Below are positions 14,165 to 26,799 of a stretch of 64,000 bases of DNA, one piece after another. Location: contig OX597819.1 of the NCBI GenBank assembly GCA_951406725.2, positions 99,882,001 to 99,946,000 on the forward strand, read 5' to 3'. The notes below the pieces were generated by a model that saw only the letters and a program-made list of their open reading frames with translations, had not been told where the DNA came from and made no database searches. The position numbers were made by a program, and so were the translations under genes. The first letter of the stretch is position 1; the number at the start of each line of letters is the position of its first letter. The DNA is from Octopus vulgaris. Lineage: Eukaryota.

Positions 14165-15522
14165 AATTCAGTAGTTTTATTTTTATAACGTGCTTTCACT
14201 TCATTACCGAGCGCAGTTCAGTGTGCCTTGGGTATGTGCTGTGATTTGTTGTGATGCTCTGATGGTTACTGTAGTGAAAGTATTCTGCGTAGGATGTGTG
14301 CAGTGATTAGTAGTGCAATTTTCTGTATGTTATATGTGTTTGTAAGTCCTGGTGTTTTGTTATGTATTTGTCTGAATATTTTTTTATCATGCCTAATGCA
14401 CCTATTATGATAGGAATTATTTCTGTTTTTAGATTCCACATTCTAGTTACCTCTATTTCCAGGTCTTTGCATTTTGAATATTTCTCCATTTCTTTTAGAG
14501 ACACGTTGTCATCTGCTGGTATTGATACATCAATTAGAAAGCATTTTTTTCTTCATGATCTCTGACAAGTATATCTGGTCTGTTGGCCTTAATTTCTCTA
14601 TCTGTGTGTATTGGCATATCCCAGAGTATGGTTGCTTTCTCGTTTTCTGTGACCTTTTCTGGTGTGTGCCTATGCCATCTTTTTTCTGTTGTTATTCCAT
14701 AATGTTGGCATAGCTTCCAGTGTATGTAGCTCCCAGCTCTGTCGTGTCTGTGAATATATTCCTTCTTAGCCAGGACTGGGCAGCCAGAGATAATATGATT
14801 TATTGTTTCTTGTCCATCTCCACATATTCTGCAGTTTCTTGATATATTTCTTTTCATTACATGTTTTCGGTAATTTCTGGTGTGGAGGCTTTGGTCTTGT
14901 GCTGCAATTAAAAATCCCTCTGTCTCTGCTTTAAGTCCTGAGCTTCTCAACCATTGCTAGGATTTTTCTTTGTCTATTTCTTTTGCATTTAGTTTAGTCC
15001 AGTACTTGCCATGAAGGGGCTTTTCTTCCCATCGCTTTATCATGGTCCGTTGCTGTTCTAGTTTTAGTTTTGATTTCATTTGCTTTATAGCTCTTCTTCT
15101 TCTTCTTCTTCTTCTTCTTCTTCTTCTTCTTCTTCTTCTTCTTCTTCTTCTTCTTCTTCTTCTTCTTCTTCTTCTTTTTCTTCTCTTTCTTCTTCTTCTT
15201 CTTCTTCTTCTTTCTTCTTCTTCTTCTTCTTCTTCTTCTTCTTCTTCTTCTTCTTCTTCTTCTTCTTCTTCTTCTTCTTCTTCTTCTTCTTCTTCTTCTT
15301 CTTCTTCTTCTTCTTCTTCTTCTTCTTCTTCTTCTTCTTCATATTTGTTAGGTGGTATGATTTCTTGTTTGTATTCGTCAGCTTCCCTAAATACTGAGAA
15401 CAATTTTTTGTTTTGCTCGTGTTTTGCCGCTATTTGTATCAGTTTTCCTTGCTTCTGAAGTAGGTATTTTTGCAGTCCTATGGTGGTTATTTTATAGTAG
15501 TTTTCCAGCTTTATAAGGCCTC

Positions 15523-15525
<3 letters not shown>
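14165..15525 (-). mobile_element. R4/Dong-like LINE 3' fragment (second subfamily) interrupted by (CTT)n
   Basis: CRICGDGQETINHIISGC (CCHC), RHDRAG, ILWDMPIHTDREIKANRPD, IPIIIGALG. 3' UTR ends in (TAA)n. Confidence 0.9.
15092..15340. repeat. (CTT)n/(GAA)n microsatellite
   Basis: Direct inspection. Confidence 0.95.
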
Positions 15526-15576
<51 letters not shown>

Positions 15577-16224
15577 TGTTGCTGGGAAGAAACTGCTTGC
15601 CCGCAACTACTTGTTCGTTGATTTCTTTCAAAATATTGATATCACTTCTGTGTATTGGAAACAAGTAGGACCATTATAGGGGGAGACAATAATTTTATTC
15701 AGAATTTTTCCTCCCACCTGAATTGAAAAATTTAAGAGGAATCACTTATTTGCTTTCACTTTTAACGAGCAACAGAAATGTCAAGAAGTTATAGAGACAA
15801 CGCCCCCTCAAAGAGAAACCTAGGTAACTAGAAAGAGAACAAACATAAAGGAATAGAAAATACAAAGCAGTTGATAAAGTGGATACTAATAAGAATGATT
15901 TGGCGACACTTTAAGCAATAATAACATTTACACGCCTACTGCACGCCTACATAAACATTTTCAAACCACAAATACAGTAATTCTATATTTTTTATGATAA
16001 CACTTTAAGTGCAAGGCAAGTATCGTCATTTACACTAGCGACTGCAACTGGTAAACTTAGGATATGATATTTGGATAAAAGAAAGAAAACCAGACATTAT
16101 TACGGTATTAAATAAATGGGTAAGATTCTATCTGAAACTGTCACAGAGTTGTGAAGGCGAAAGAAAGTACATTTTACCCCAGTGTTACTTTGATGACATG
16201 CACTGCTCTCTCACTCAATAATAA

Positions 16225-16259
<35 letters not shown>

Positions 16260-16297
16260 TAATAATAATAATGATAATAATGATAACAATAATAATA

Positions 16298-16382
<85 letters not shown>

Positions 16383-16437
16383 TAATAATAATAATAACAA
16401 TAATAATAATGATGATGATGATAATAATAATAATAAT

Positions 16438-16572
16438 AAGGACACAGGGGTCGTTTAACATGTGAGAGCGATAAAACACTGCTCCGAAATCTATCCAAAA
16501 TCATTGGAAATAAAGACATTGCATGGAGCCAAAATAATGATAATAATAATAACAATAATAATAATGATGATG

Positions 16573-16603
<31 letters not shown>

Positions 16604-16715
16604 GGACACAGGGGTCGTTTAACATGTGAGAGCGATAAAACACTGCTCCAAAATCTATCCAAAAACATTGGAAATAAAGACATTGCATGGAGCCAAAATA
16701 ATGATAATAATAATA
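16438..16715 (+). repeat. Tandem duplication (period 164 nt) of a ~97-bp unit separated by (TAA)n
   Basis: AAGGACACAGGGGTCGTTTAACATG...GGAGCCAAAAT at 16438 and 16602, with two substitutions. Confidence 0.9.
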
Positions 16716-17074
16716 ATAAGGAATAAGTGATCAAATGCATAAAAGGAGAAAAGGACAAGATGAAATGCAAAGAAAGCACGTCAGACAGATTGAAGAGAAA
16801 CCTCTGCATGGCCAATTTTGGGGAACACTGAGGAAATATGGGCTTGGTTAAAAAAGGAGTAATTAAAAAAAAGAAACAAAGGGTCTAATTGTAGCAGATA
16901 AAAAAATCAAGCAATAAAACAAGCAACTTGAGAAAAAAATATATGGAGAGGATGTGTTAGAAAAATTGTGGATACTTAAGGTTACAGGTAATAACGCGCT
17001 ACCCACATAAATTCTACCAAGAATAAGACCAAAACTGAGTCAAACGAAGATAATAATCAGAGCACTCATAGAAT

Positions 17075-18003
17075 TCAAGCCTCCGCCACGGTAGCGCCAA
17101 CGTCCTCTCAACGATTAGCCGGAGATGATTTTTAAAATGAGAATATCTGAAATAAATTCGACTGCTCTCACAAAGGAGAATACTTAAAATGAAACCGACT
17201 GCTCTCGAAATTTAAGTAAAAAAAAAACTGGAAAAATAATTCAGAATCCTTGTCCGGTACCTGAGCGATCCCAATGGTATTCATGGAATTTGAAGGTGGC
17301 TGTAGAAAATTTAGTAACAGTAATATATAGTTTATCCTTATCTAATACAAGCCAAAGTTAACAAATTCGCGATTCAAAATAGTTTCAAAGACGGAGGTAA
17401 TAATAATAGGTTCTACTCAGGAATTTTTAAATGAATAGCATGAGACCTTTTGGTTTTCTCTTCTCTTAAATTCCAGCCTTTGTTTGGTATTTCTATTGTT
17501 TTAGATCGATGTATAGATATAAGTATATATGTAAATGTATTATACATACTGTAAATCTATGTATAATATATACGTATTAAATAAATTAACACTATTTATT
17601 GTTAGTGTTAATTAATTTCCGAACAGTTTTGCTGCCGTTCGATTATTTAGTTTGATTGTTTTATCCGTGAAGCGAGGGACGCGAGTAAAATAAATAATAA
17701 GGAAACGAAAATAAAACTTTGGAAACAACCTAGATGGAGATAATTGGGAAAGTCAACGTAAGATCGTAATCAAGTAAAGTAAATATAACAAATAATCCTG
17801 AACCCTTGTCCGGTAGCGGATCGATTTCAAAATCTAATCAGTTCGTGCCAGTCACGAGGCCAAACATCCCTGAAGGTTTCATCCGAATCCATCGAGCGGT
17901 TCTTCAGATATAGATATCTTTCCACGGACAGACAAACAAAGAAACAAAACAAACAAACAAGCAGTCAAGACTGAAAACAGTCAAGACGTTAAGGCAGAGG
18001 TAA
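17075..18003. mobile_element. Helentron/HINE-like non-autonomous element remnants
   Basis: CCTCCGCC start and GGCAGAGGTAA end, a repeated CCTTGTCCGGTA segment and a (CAAA)n tract. Confidence 0.35.
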
Positions 18004-18015
18004 TAATAATAATAA

Positions 18016-18660
<645 letters not shown>

Positions 18661-18689
18661 AAGAAGAAGAAGAAGAAGAAGAAGAAGAA

Positions 18690-19130
18690 TGCAAGATTTT
18701 ATGGGATTTTCCATTTCAAATTGATAAGACGATAGAATATAACAAACCAGACAACAATAGACATAGAAAAGTGAAATTGCTAACTCATTGGCCCATAATG
18801 TCTGTTTGATTCTAAGATAGTAAAGAAAGCAGATGAAAAATTCTAAAAATTCAATCCCTCAAGTTTGAAAGTGCGAGAATTTGGAAAATGAAAACTTTAA
18901 AGGTTGTTCCTTCTGCAATTGGTGCATTAAGAACTGTGAGATATAGACAAACGGTTGGAGGTGACTGGAATAGAATGTCCTTTAAAGAATTTGCCTCTTA
19001 GTAACAAGACAGATTATTAGAAGCATTTTGAGCGCTTAAATTTTTTTTGTAATCTTATGGATATTTAATGTCGCAGATAGTAAACCACTACCCACATAAA
19101 TTCTACCAGGATTAAAACCAAATCTTAATA
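18690..19130 (+). mobile_element. Degenerate R4/Dong-like REL endonuclease fragment
   Basis: ILWDF, NKPD and VVPSAIGAL remnants, ending in (TAA)n. Confidence 0.6.
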
Positions 19131-19169
19131 ATAATGATGATGATGATAATGATGATGATAAGAAGAAGA

Positions 19170-19870
19170 AGTTAATTTATTTGCCACACGGGCGAAGGAT
19201 GAGGGGAACAATACAGAGACAAACATAAAGCGTGAGATGATGAAAAAATGTATACACGGTATACACTGGGAAAGAAGAGACATGCATAGCATACAAAAGT
19301 ACAAAAGAAAAAAGTGGGGGATGAAAGAGATGCGGCCCTCCTGATATAGAAACACCTCTAGAGATAATTGAGGAACCCCACTGTCCGAGATTTTCCTGAA
19401 ACTCTATGAGCAAGTGCTCTCTCCAGTTCCTTCTCTCCGACTCACAGGTCTACACTTAGAGAGGTACCATCCGCTTCTGTCATTTTCGCAATTTTCACCC
19501 ACCTTTTGATAAATTGACTCGAGGACAGCACATTCCTCTTTACTCTTTACTCTGAATTTCCTTTTCAAGTGAAACTTTAAAAAGTCAATGGGAGCTCTAC
19601 CAAAGAGGAATGAATGTGTCCACATACATTTCAGCCTTGTCCACCAAACAACCTCTTTCGCCACAGCCACCAGGCAAAGAAAACTGCATTGCCTGCCCAA
19701 TTGAAAGAGGGCGACGGTGCAATGATCACTACAGACTCGGCCGACAGACGGATCCGTCCCACAGGTGACAGCAGCTGTTCAAAATAACCCAAGACGTCAG
19801 CAATACCTGGAAATTGACAGAGGGTGTGCAGAACGGTTTTATCACTCTGCACGCACCTCGGACAGGCCAG
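19170..19870 (-). mobile_element. L1/Tx1-like LINE 3' end
   Basis: CPRC..SDKTVLHTLCQ (CCHC-like), then AKEVVWWTRLK and FLKFHLKRK. Confidence 0.7.
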
Positions 19871-20780
19871 GAAGCATCATTGAGTTGGCTCAATAAGGGT
19901 GATAAAAAAAAGAAACTGAAAGCCTAATCAACTCTGCCCAGGACCAGGCATTGAATACCAAGTCAGTGAAAAGGGATGCATACCACACAAGTGGAACGAG
20001 CCTCTGCAGAATGTGTGAGAAGAGGATCGAAAGTGCTACACACATTGTTAGTACTTGTGAAATTCTTGCGCCAAAAGAGTACAAGCACAGACACGTCAAG
20101 GTAGCCCAAAACCTTCACTGCTTACTATGCCGGAGGTATGGATACGAGGTAACGGGTGCTTGGTACCAACATACACCGGAAAAGGTAATGGACAGGAAAG
20201 CGAAGGCAAAGAACTTTGGGATTTTTACTTCCAGAGAGACAAGATGTTAGAGCACCGAAGGCCGGATTTAGTAACCTTTAGGAGAGACAAACTAGGGTGC
20301 CTAATAATCGACGTGGCAGTGCCAATAGATCGATATAATATCATGAAAGAAAGAGAAAAATTTAATAATTATGGAGACCTGAGAATTGAGATCGCTAAGA
20401 TGTGGCAGCTACGGGAGTCAAACACAAAGGATGTCCCTATTATCTTCGGAGCATTGGCTTCAATATCAGCCAACCTGAAAAAAAAAAACACCCAGAAAAT
20501 TTAGAAATACCCTACAATCTAGGTGTATTGCAAATCTCGGTATTACTTGGAGCTGCGTAGAGTATTGTATGTCTGAGGTCCTTGTTTTGACTTGCCAAAC
20601 AGTACAAACCACCGGTTAGCACACTATCTTCAATCAACAACATCACAATATTGGTATGATAAGAAAGGGATGTCAAAAACGTCTAGATAATATCGCAGGA
20701 GAAGCATGTCTCAGTGAAATCCAAAAGATTGTGGTAACAAGTACTTCCCACATCCTTAGAAGAACCTTATTAGTTTAAAT
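19870..20780 (+). mobile_element. R4/Dong-like LINE 3' fragment
   Basis: CRMCEKRIESATHIVSTC, HRH..VAQNLH, RRPDLV..CLIIDVAVP, PIIFGAL. Confidence 0.85.
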
Positions 20781-20910
20781 GTCTGTTTGTATTACATGAA
20801 TATATTTTGCTACTGCCTCTGCCACTTCCCACCATCCAAGCTTTCAGTTATACTGTAACATCACTTCCTATTTAATTTGTTTAATCAACCCTCAGTTATA
20901 CATCCGTTAA

Positions 20911-21060
20911 TGTTATATCGCCTGAAGAAATGAATCCATGAAGATAATCTACCCGATGCACACGGTTACGACGGACTGCACTGTAATCATTCCAAGAATA
21001 CAGGCTGTGATCTTAAGGAACATGTGATTTGTGGAAACGCGCGTAGTGATGCATTAACAT
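20911..21060 (+). ncRNA. Type I hammerhead ribozyme motif with long helix II (probably from a Penelope-like element)
   Basis: CTGAAGA at 20922-20928 and GAAA at 21034-21037. Palindromic helix III ACGCGCGT, GUA cleavage triplet ending 21045. Helix I TATCGC/GTGATG plus TGTTA/TAACA. Helix II ATGAATC-CATG/CATGTGATTTGT. Confidence 0.6.
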
Positions 21061-21238
21061 ATTTATAAATTCTATCCAATGATTATTGTTATTATTATTA
21101 TATATCTCCTACATTATATCGGTACAGCTCGATACAAACCCCCAAATTGTATCACCAGTCAGCATCATTAAGCTGTGGCCGGCATAATGGAATAGGAGCT
21201 TCATTTGCATATTCAAAACGTTTCCCGTAAACAAATTT

Positions 21239-21281
<43 letters not shown>

Positions 21282-21410
21282 ATATTCATACGTATATGTA
21301 CAGATACGGACATGCATATAGTACTATAATGTATATGTAATATGTAATTCTTACTTTTGTAAAACAGGTGACGTATGCGTGTATGTGTTCACATATATCT
21401 ATATGTATAA

Positions 21411-21643
21411 AAGGCAGCGAGCTGGCAGAATCATTAGCACGCCGGGTGAATTGCTTAACGGTATTTCGTCTACCGTTACGTTCTGAGTTCAAATTCCGCC
21501 GAGGTCGACTTTGCCTTTCATCCTTTCGGGGTCGATAAATAAAGTACCAGTTTCGCACTGGGATCGATGTAATCGACTTAATCCCTTTGTCTGTCCTTGT
21601 TTGTCATCTCTGTGTTTAGCCCCTTGTGGGCAATAAAGAAATA
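21411..21643 (+). mobile_element. SINE family B, full length
   Basis: Complete head, core and GCCCCTTGTGGGCAATAAAGAAAT tail. Confidence 0.9.
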
Positions 21644-21792
21644 TATATCTATATGTATATGCGCATTTGCTAATGTATATGTAAATACATATAAAAGACA
21701 TATTTTGTACGAATAGCTACTTATTTTTTCTCATGTAACGCTTTATTATGTAACTAAAATATATTGATTCTCTCGTATTTTCACCTTTACAG

Positions 21793-22050
21793 GCGGCTCC
21801 GTTATTTGAAACCTTATAAGAAGTTTCATTCTGCTTATGTGTATAACAATTACATGTATATTCTTGCCGGTTACATAGCTGAAATATTAACTGGTCAAAG
21901 CTGGAAAGAACTAGTTCAGCAGCGAATATTCAAGCCGCTTGCCATGGCCTCATCTGTATTTGCCGACGACGTTTTAGACTGGAGAAAATTTGCTCTTCCT
22001 TACGTTTCCATAAATGATGAATTTATTCCTTTAAACACTACACTACTCAA
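21793..22050 (+). CDS. Internal exon (phase 2-2, 258 nt) of a serine beta-lactamase-family / peptidase S12-like gene
   Basis: Acceptor tcacctttacAG|G and donor AA|GTAAGT. Translates RLRYLKPYKKFHSAYVYNNYMYILAGYIAEILTGQSWKELVQQRIFKPLAM..., containing the YxN motif and the 'W..lv..rIf.PL.M' segment typical of class C-like beta-lactamase folds. Confidence 0.92.
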
Positions 22051-22307
22051 GTAAGTATTAATATCCTTTTCGAAATACATATATTTTTTATTAATATTTA
22101 GCGAAAGGAACTTATCAAAGAGTTTGATAAGTGCCAAAGCACGAAATTCTCGGCCCTTGAGTCAATCTGGTACTTCTGTTAAATATTAATAAATATATAT
22201 ATACTCATATTTTGAGTTTTATTTTTTCCTTTTAACATCACCATACCTGTACATATACGTATGTTCACACACACACACATACAAACGCTCACATACATAT
22301 ACATACG

Positions 22308-22615
22308 TGTGGAGGCGCAATGGCCCAGTGGTTAGGGCAGCGGACTCGCGGTCGTAGGATCGCGGTTTCGATTCCCAGACCGGGCATTGTGAGTGTTTGT
22401 TGAGCGAAAAAACCTAAAGGCTCCACGCGGCTCCAGCAGGGGATGGTGATCCCAGCTGTACTCTTTCACCACTCTTTCTCTCGCTCTTTCTTCTGTTGGC
22501 CTGCTCGCTTAGCCAGCGGGGTGGCGTCATTCGAAGGCTGAAACAATGCGAACGCATTGTAACCATCGATGTTTAGCAACATCTGATGGTCTGGTCGGTC
22601 ACGTGATCACGTGAC
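22308..22615 (+). mobile_element. SINE family C, variant 3
   Basis: Head GGCGCAATGGCCCAGTGGTTAGGGCAGCGGACTCGCGG...GGTTTCGATTCC, with a distinct tail ending GTCACGTGATCACGTGA. Confidence 0.88.
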
Positions 22616-22657
22616 ATATACATACGTACATACATGTACATACATACATATATATAC

Positions 22658-22702
<45 letters not shown>

Positions 22703-22855
22703 TCTATATCTATTAAAAAGGTCGGAAAAAAATTTAACTTAAAGTATTTCACAAGAGATAGCACAAAGAGATATGTTTATTCTTAAAATTATGGCCTTTT
22801 CTAAAACAATTAACGTTTTTTCGGAATCTGGTGACCTAAAAGATTTATCTTACGA

Positions 22856-23470
22856 CTAGCAGTATCGCCCGGCGTTGCTCGGGTTTGTAAGGGAAATAAC
22901 TATATAAGCATTTTTAGAGAGTTATAGCCAAAAAATAGCAAAAAATGCATTAAAAATGGAAAAAATATGATGGTAAATTTTTTTTTAAATCGTTGACTCA
23001 TCGTAGACATTTTTAGAGAGTTACTTCCCTTATATAATAGCGAAAAAATGCATTAAAATGGAAAAAAAAACGATGGTAAATTTTTTTTTAAATCGTAGAC
23101 TCATGTAGACGCTTTCTTAGCCATTTCTGTTTTGGTGTCTAAAAGAACGCTGGTCTCCTTGACAACGCATTACGACGTTGATTTCCTTACACTCCCTTCC
23201 CCACAGGTGCAGGTGTGAGCGTGGACGCCAACTCCACCGCCATCGATACACGAAAAATTATGCATTAAAATGGAATAAAAAATGATGTTAAATTATTTTT
23301 AAAATCGTAGACTCATCGTAGACGCGCGTTAATACTCAGACGGGCTCGATATGAATCACGACTATAAGCTACCCGAATTTGGTTAAACTGCACCGCAAAA
23401 TGTGGGAGTAGTTAGGAATCTAAATCGAAGGGGACAGACACTCACACAACTACAGTTTTATATATATAGA
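22856..23470 (-). mobile_element. Complete non-autonomous Helitron (615 bp)
   Basis: Minus strand reads A|TCTATATATATAAA ... CCCGAGCAACGCCGGGCGATACTGCTAG|T: 5' TC, 3' hairpin plus CTAG, AT target. Three internal repeats. Confidence 0.88.
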
Positions 23471-23494
23471 TATACATAGCGCAGTAGTGGTGAG

Positions 23495-24080
23495 ATGTGA
23501 CAGCAAAGAAAAGCATACATTCACTCTCTGCATGCAATTAGACTCGGAAAGTTCGTGAGGAACCCATTGACCCAATTTGCTGACTTTTCCGATAGCACAC
23601 AGGTCTCAATGAATGGTTGAATGACCAAATCCAAGCTTCTCTGCTAGTTCCTCAACAGTTACGATGAGATTTTGTTCCACCAGGGCTTTCAGGATGTCCT
23701 TGTCGAGTTCTACAGATCTTTCAGGATGAGGCTCGTCTTCTAGGCTGTAGTTTATGGCTCGGAATTTCTGGAACCACCATTGACACTGCCTTACGCTTAT
23801 TGTCCAATCCCCATATACTGCATTAATATTTCTTGTACTTTCCGTTGCGTTGTTGTCTTTATTGAACTCATAAAGCAAAATATGCCAAATATGCTCCTTT
23901 GTTACTTCCAACATAGCTTTGAAAAAAATAGCTGTTAAAATCGAAATGCACTCTTCAAAACTTGCACTATGAATAAGGACAAGATAAAATTACTACCTGC
24001 TTTTATAGCAAGTTAATATAAGTAGTTTATCCCATTCCCCTCTGACTTTTAGTTCAAGCTGTTGAAAAAACCGCATTATT
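23495..24080 (-). mobile_element. Mariner transposon 5' part (transposase HTH pseudogene)
   Basis: MLEVTKEHIWHILLYEF...RQCQWWFQKFR...LEDEP, then GQWVPHELS. TIR remnant AATGCGGTTTTT. Confidence 0.85.
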
Positions 24081-24089
24081 ATATATATA

Positions 24090-24121
<32 letters not shown>

Positions 24122-24514
24122 CACACACACTCTCTCTCACACACATGCACACATTTATATTCTGTTATTCTTTTATATGTTTCAGCCTTGAGGTTGTGGC
24201 CATGCTGGATCATGTGTGTGTGTGTGTGTGTGTGTCTATCTGTCTGTCTGTATGTATATATGTATATGTATGTGTGTGAATAATAATATTTTCAACAGAT
24301 GTGTTGCAAATGTATCTGATTGTTCTCAAGCTTCAAATTTACTCTCTTCCAAGAACATTTTCACTCACTCTTATTTGTTAGCTTCCCATACATTTTACTC
24401 GTGTATCTATCAGCGTTCATGGACAGCAACAAATATTACATCTAGTTTCATTTTATTCGTTACACAGTGTGTGTGTGCGTTTGCGTGTGCTGTAAACCAG
24501 ACTAAGAAAAGCAT

Positions 24515-24713
24515 TTGACACACACACCAGAATGTGAGTTTTCTGTAAATTTTGCTTAATTGGAGTTTAAATTTTAAAAACTGGAGCTGGCATGACGCGA
24601 TGCATTGTACTCTTAAAATTGCTAGGTAAATTGTAATTGAAGAAATCCTATATTGTAGATTTGTATAACTCCCAAAGGGAGGCAGATAAAATCTGCCTTT
24701 TATAATAAGAGAT
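24515..24713 (-). mobile_element. Helitron 5'-end fragment
   Basis: Minus strand ATCTCTTATTATAAAAGGCAGATTTTATCTGCC resembles the Helitron 5' termini seen elsewhere in the window. Confidence 0.4.
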
Positions 24714-25221
24714 TTATCTTGTCAGTAACATCATGATATACACACACGCGCGACCACACACACACACACACACACACTCACACACACACACACATACACA
24801 CACACACACTCACACACACACACACATGCACACACGCACACATACACACTCACAAATATTTTCCGAACGGCCATAAATTTCGCCAGCTGTTCAACCAAAT
24901 TTACATTAAAGTGAACAAACGTTGCTTGAAAAAAAAATTCTAGTACTAAGGAAAACCACAATTAAATATTTTTCAAGCATATGCAGGAAGAGGAAAGTTG
25001 ATATAAAATTTTCTAAAATATAAGCTATTGCTCATTAAAGGCTAAATGAGTAGTGAAAAACAGGATACAGACAGCTAATGTCTGAACCAACATTGCATAA
25101 AGTAGTTTTCATTGGGCTAGCAGAGCAGTACTCCAAAAATCCTTTGAACTAGTACACGATCATATTTTGCCGTCACCATTTGGAGAATGCTACAACACTT
25201 TCAGAGAAGTTTTTAAAATTG

Positions 25222-25361
25222 TAGGCGGAAGAGTGGCTGTGTGGTAAGTAGCATGGTTCCGAGTCCAGTCCCACTTTGAGCAAGTGTCTTCTACTATAGC
25301 CTCGGGCTGACCGAAGCCTTGAGTGTGGATTTAGTAGACGGAAACTAAAAGAAGCCCGTCG

Positions 25362-25394
<33 letters not shown>

Positions 25395-25647
25395 GCGTGC
25401 GTGCATGTGTGTGTGTGTGTGCGCGTCTCTGTTTGTCACACCCCCCCCCCCAACTTCGCATCACAGCCGATGCTGGTGTGTTTATGTCCCGGTAACTTAG
25501 CGGTTCGGCAAAATAGACCGATAGAATAAGTACTAGGCTCACAAAGAATAAGTCCTGGGGTCCATTTGCTCGACTAAAGGTGGTACTCCAACATGGCCAC
25601 AGTCAAATGACTGAAACAAGTAAAAGAGTAAAAATAGTAAAAGAGAG
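25222..25647 (+). mobile_element. SINE family A
   Basis: TGGCTGTGTGG A-box-like head, internal (TA)n and an (AGTAAAAG)-like tail. Confidence 0.88.
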
Positions 25648-26499
25648 ATAAAGCAGTAACCACCAGCAGCTTAAGGACAATAGCGGACAAAACAGACATT
25701 TTAGAAAGGCTTAAAGTACTATATCTAACCTGTTTCTCAGAAAAATGCCATATCACCTATGGTTGTACTCATAAAAAAATGGGTAGAAAATCTCCTTGCT
25801 GATGTATGGCAGACGACATCTGATGATTTATGTAACTACTTTCTTTTCCATTCTGTGGGCATTTACGGTTGACTGAAGTGCTGATTGTGAGAAACCATGA
25901 ATCTCGTATATACTCATTGTGTCTTAGAAATTAAAACATATTAGACTCTACTCGCATCCAGCAAAAAGCTGTATTCATAAATGTAATGTGTTTGCATCAC
26001 AAATTTAACTAAAACAATAATCATTCAGTACCGTACAATTGTGTACGGTCAGCATAAACTTTGTTCATGGAGACGTAATGCGCATGATGTAATACCATCC
26101 ACGAAAGTCTACTTCAAAGTATACATCGCCAAGAATGGAAAGTATTAGAAGATACATGCAATTCGAGACCTACTTGCTCTAGATCAACGATAACATTACT
26201 GTTCAGGAGCAAATTTAATCACAATTCATATTCGGAAATTCCTACCTCTTAATGAAGAACTAGATTCACTCGAAAGCAGACTTCTTGATGCAATACAGAA
26301 TATAGCACTTAGCAAAAGAAAGCTCACTTCTTTTTTTCTATATAATTTAAAATCGGATTAGAAAGAAACATAATGAAATTCTTCAGAAACCAATTAATAT
26401 TTTCAGACTAGAAGGCGGCGAACTGGCAGAATTTTTAGCTCACCAGGCGAAATGCTCAGTCGTATTTCGTCCATTTTCACGTTTTGTGTTCAAATTCTG

Positions 26500-26790
26500 T
26501 CAGCACAATCTTTTGAATTTCTCTGAGACATGGTTCTCCTGGGATCTTATCTAGATGTTTCTGACATCTCTTTTTTATCATACCTAGAGCACCTACAATA
26601 ACATGAACAGTTCTAATTTTAAGATGCCACATTTTTGTATTTCAATATCCAGGTCCTTATATCTACTTAGTTTGTCAAATTCCTTGAAGATATATTTTTA
26701 TCAGTGGGAACACTTACATCTATTAGTCTACAAGTATTTTCTTCCCTGGATTTAATAATTATGTTTGGATTAGCCTGGATCGTTCTGTCG
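26500..26790 (-). mobile_element. R4/Dong-like REL endonuclease fragment
   Basis: NPNIIIK..CRLIDVSVP, KYKDLDIEIQKMWHLK, IVGALGMIKK. Confidence 0.7.
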
Positions 26791-26799
26791 GTGTTGATT

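Noticed and set aside
22310-22385. tRNA gene
   Set aside because: The tRNA-like sequence is a SINE head continuing into a repeated body; no complete acceptor stem.
22900-23330. CRISPR-like repeats
   Set aside because: Eukaryotic context; these are internal Helitron repeats without unique regular spacers, and there are no cas genes.
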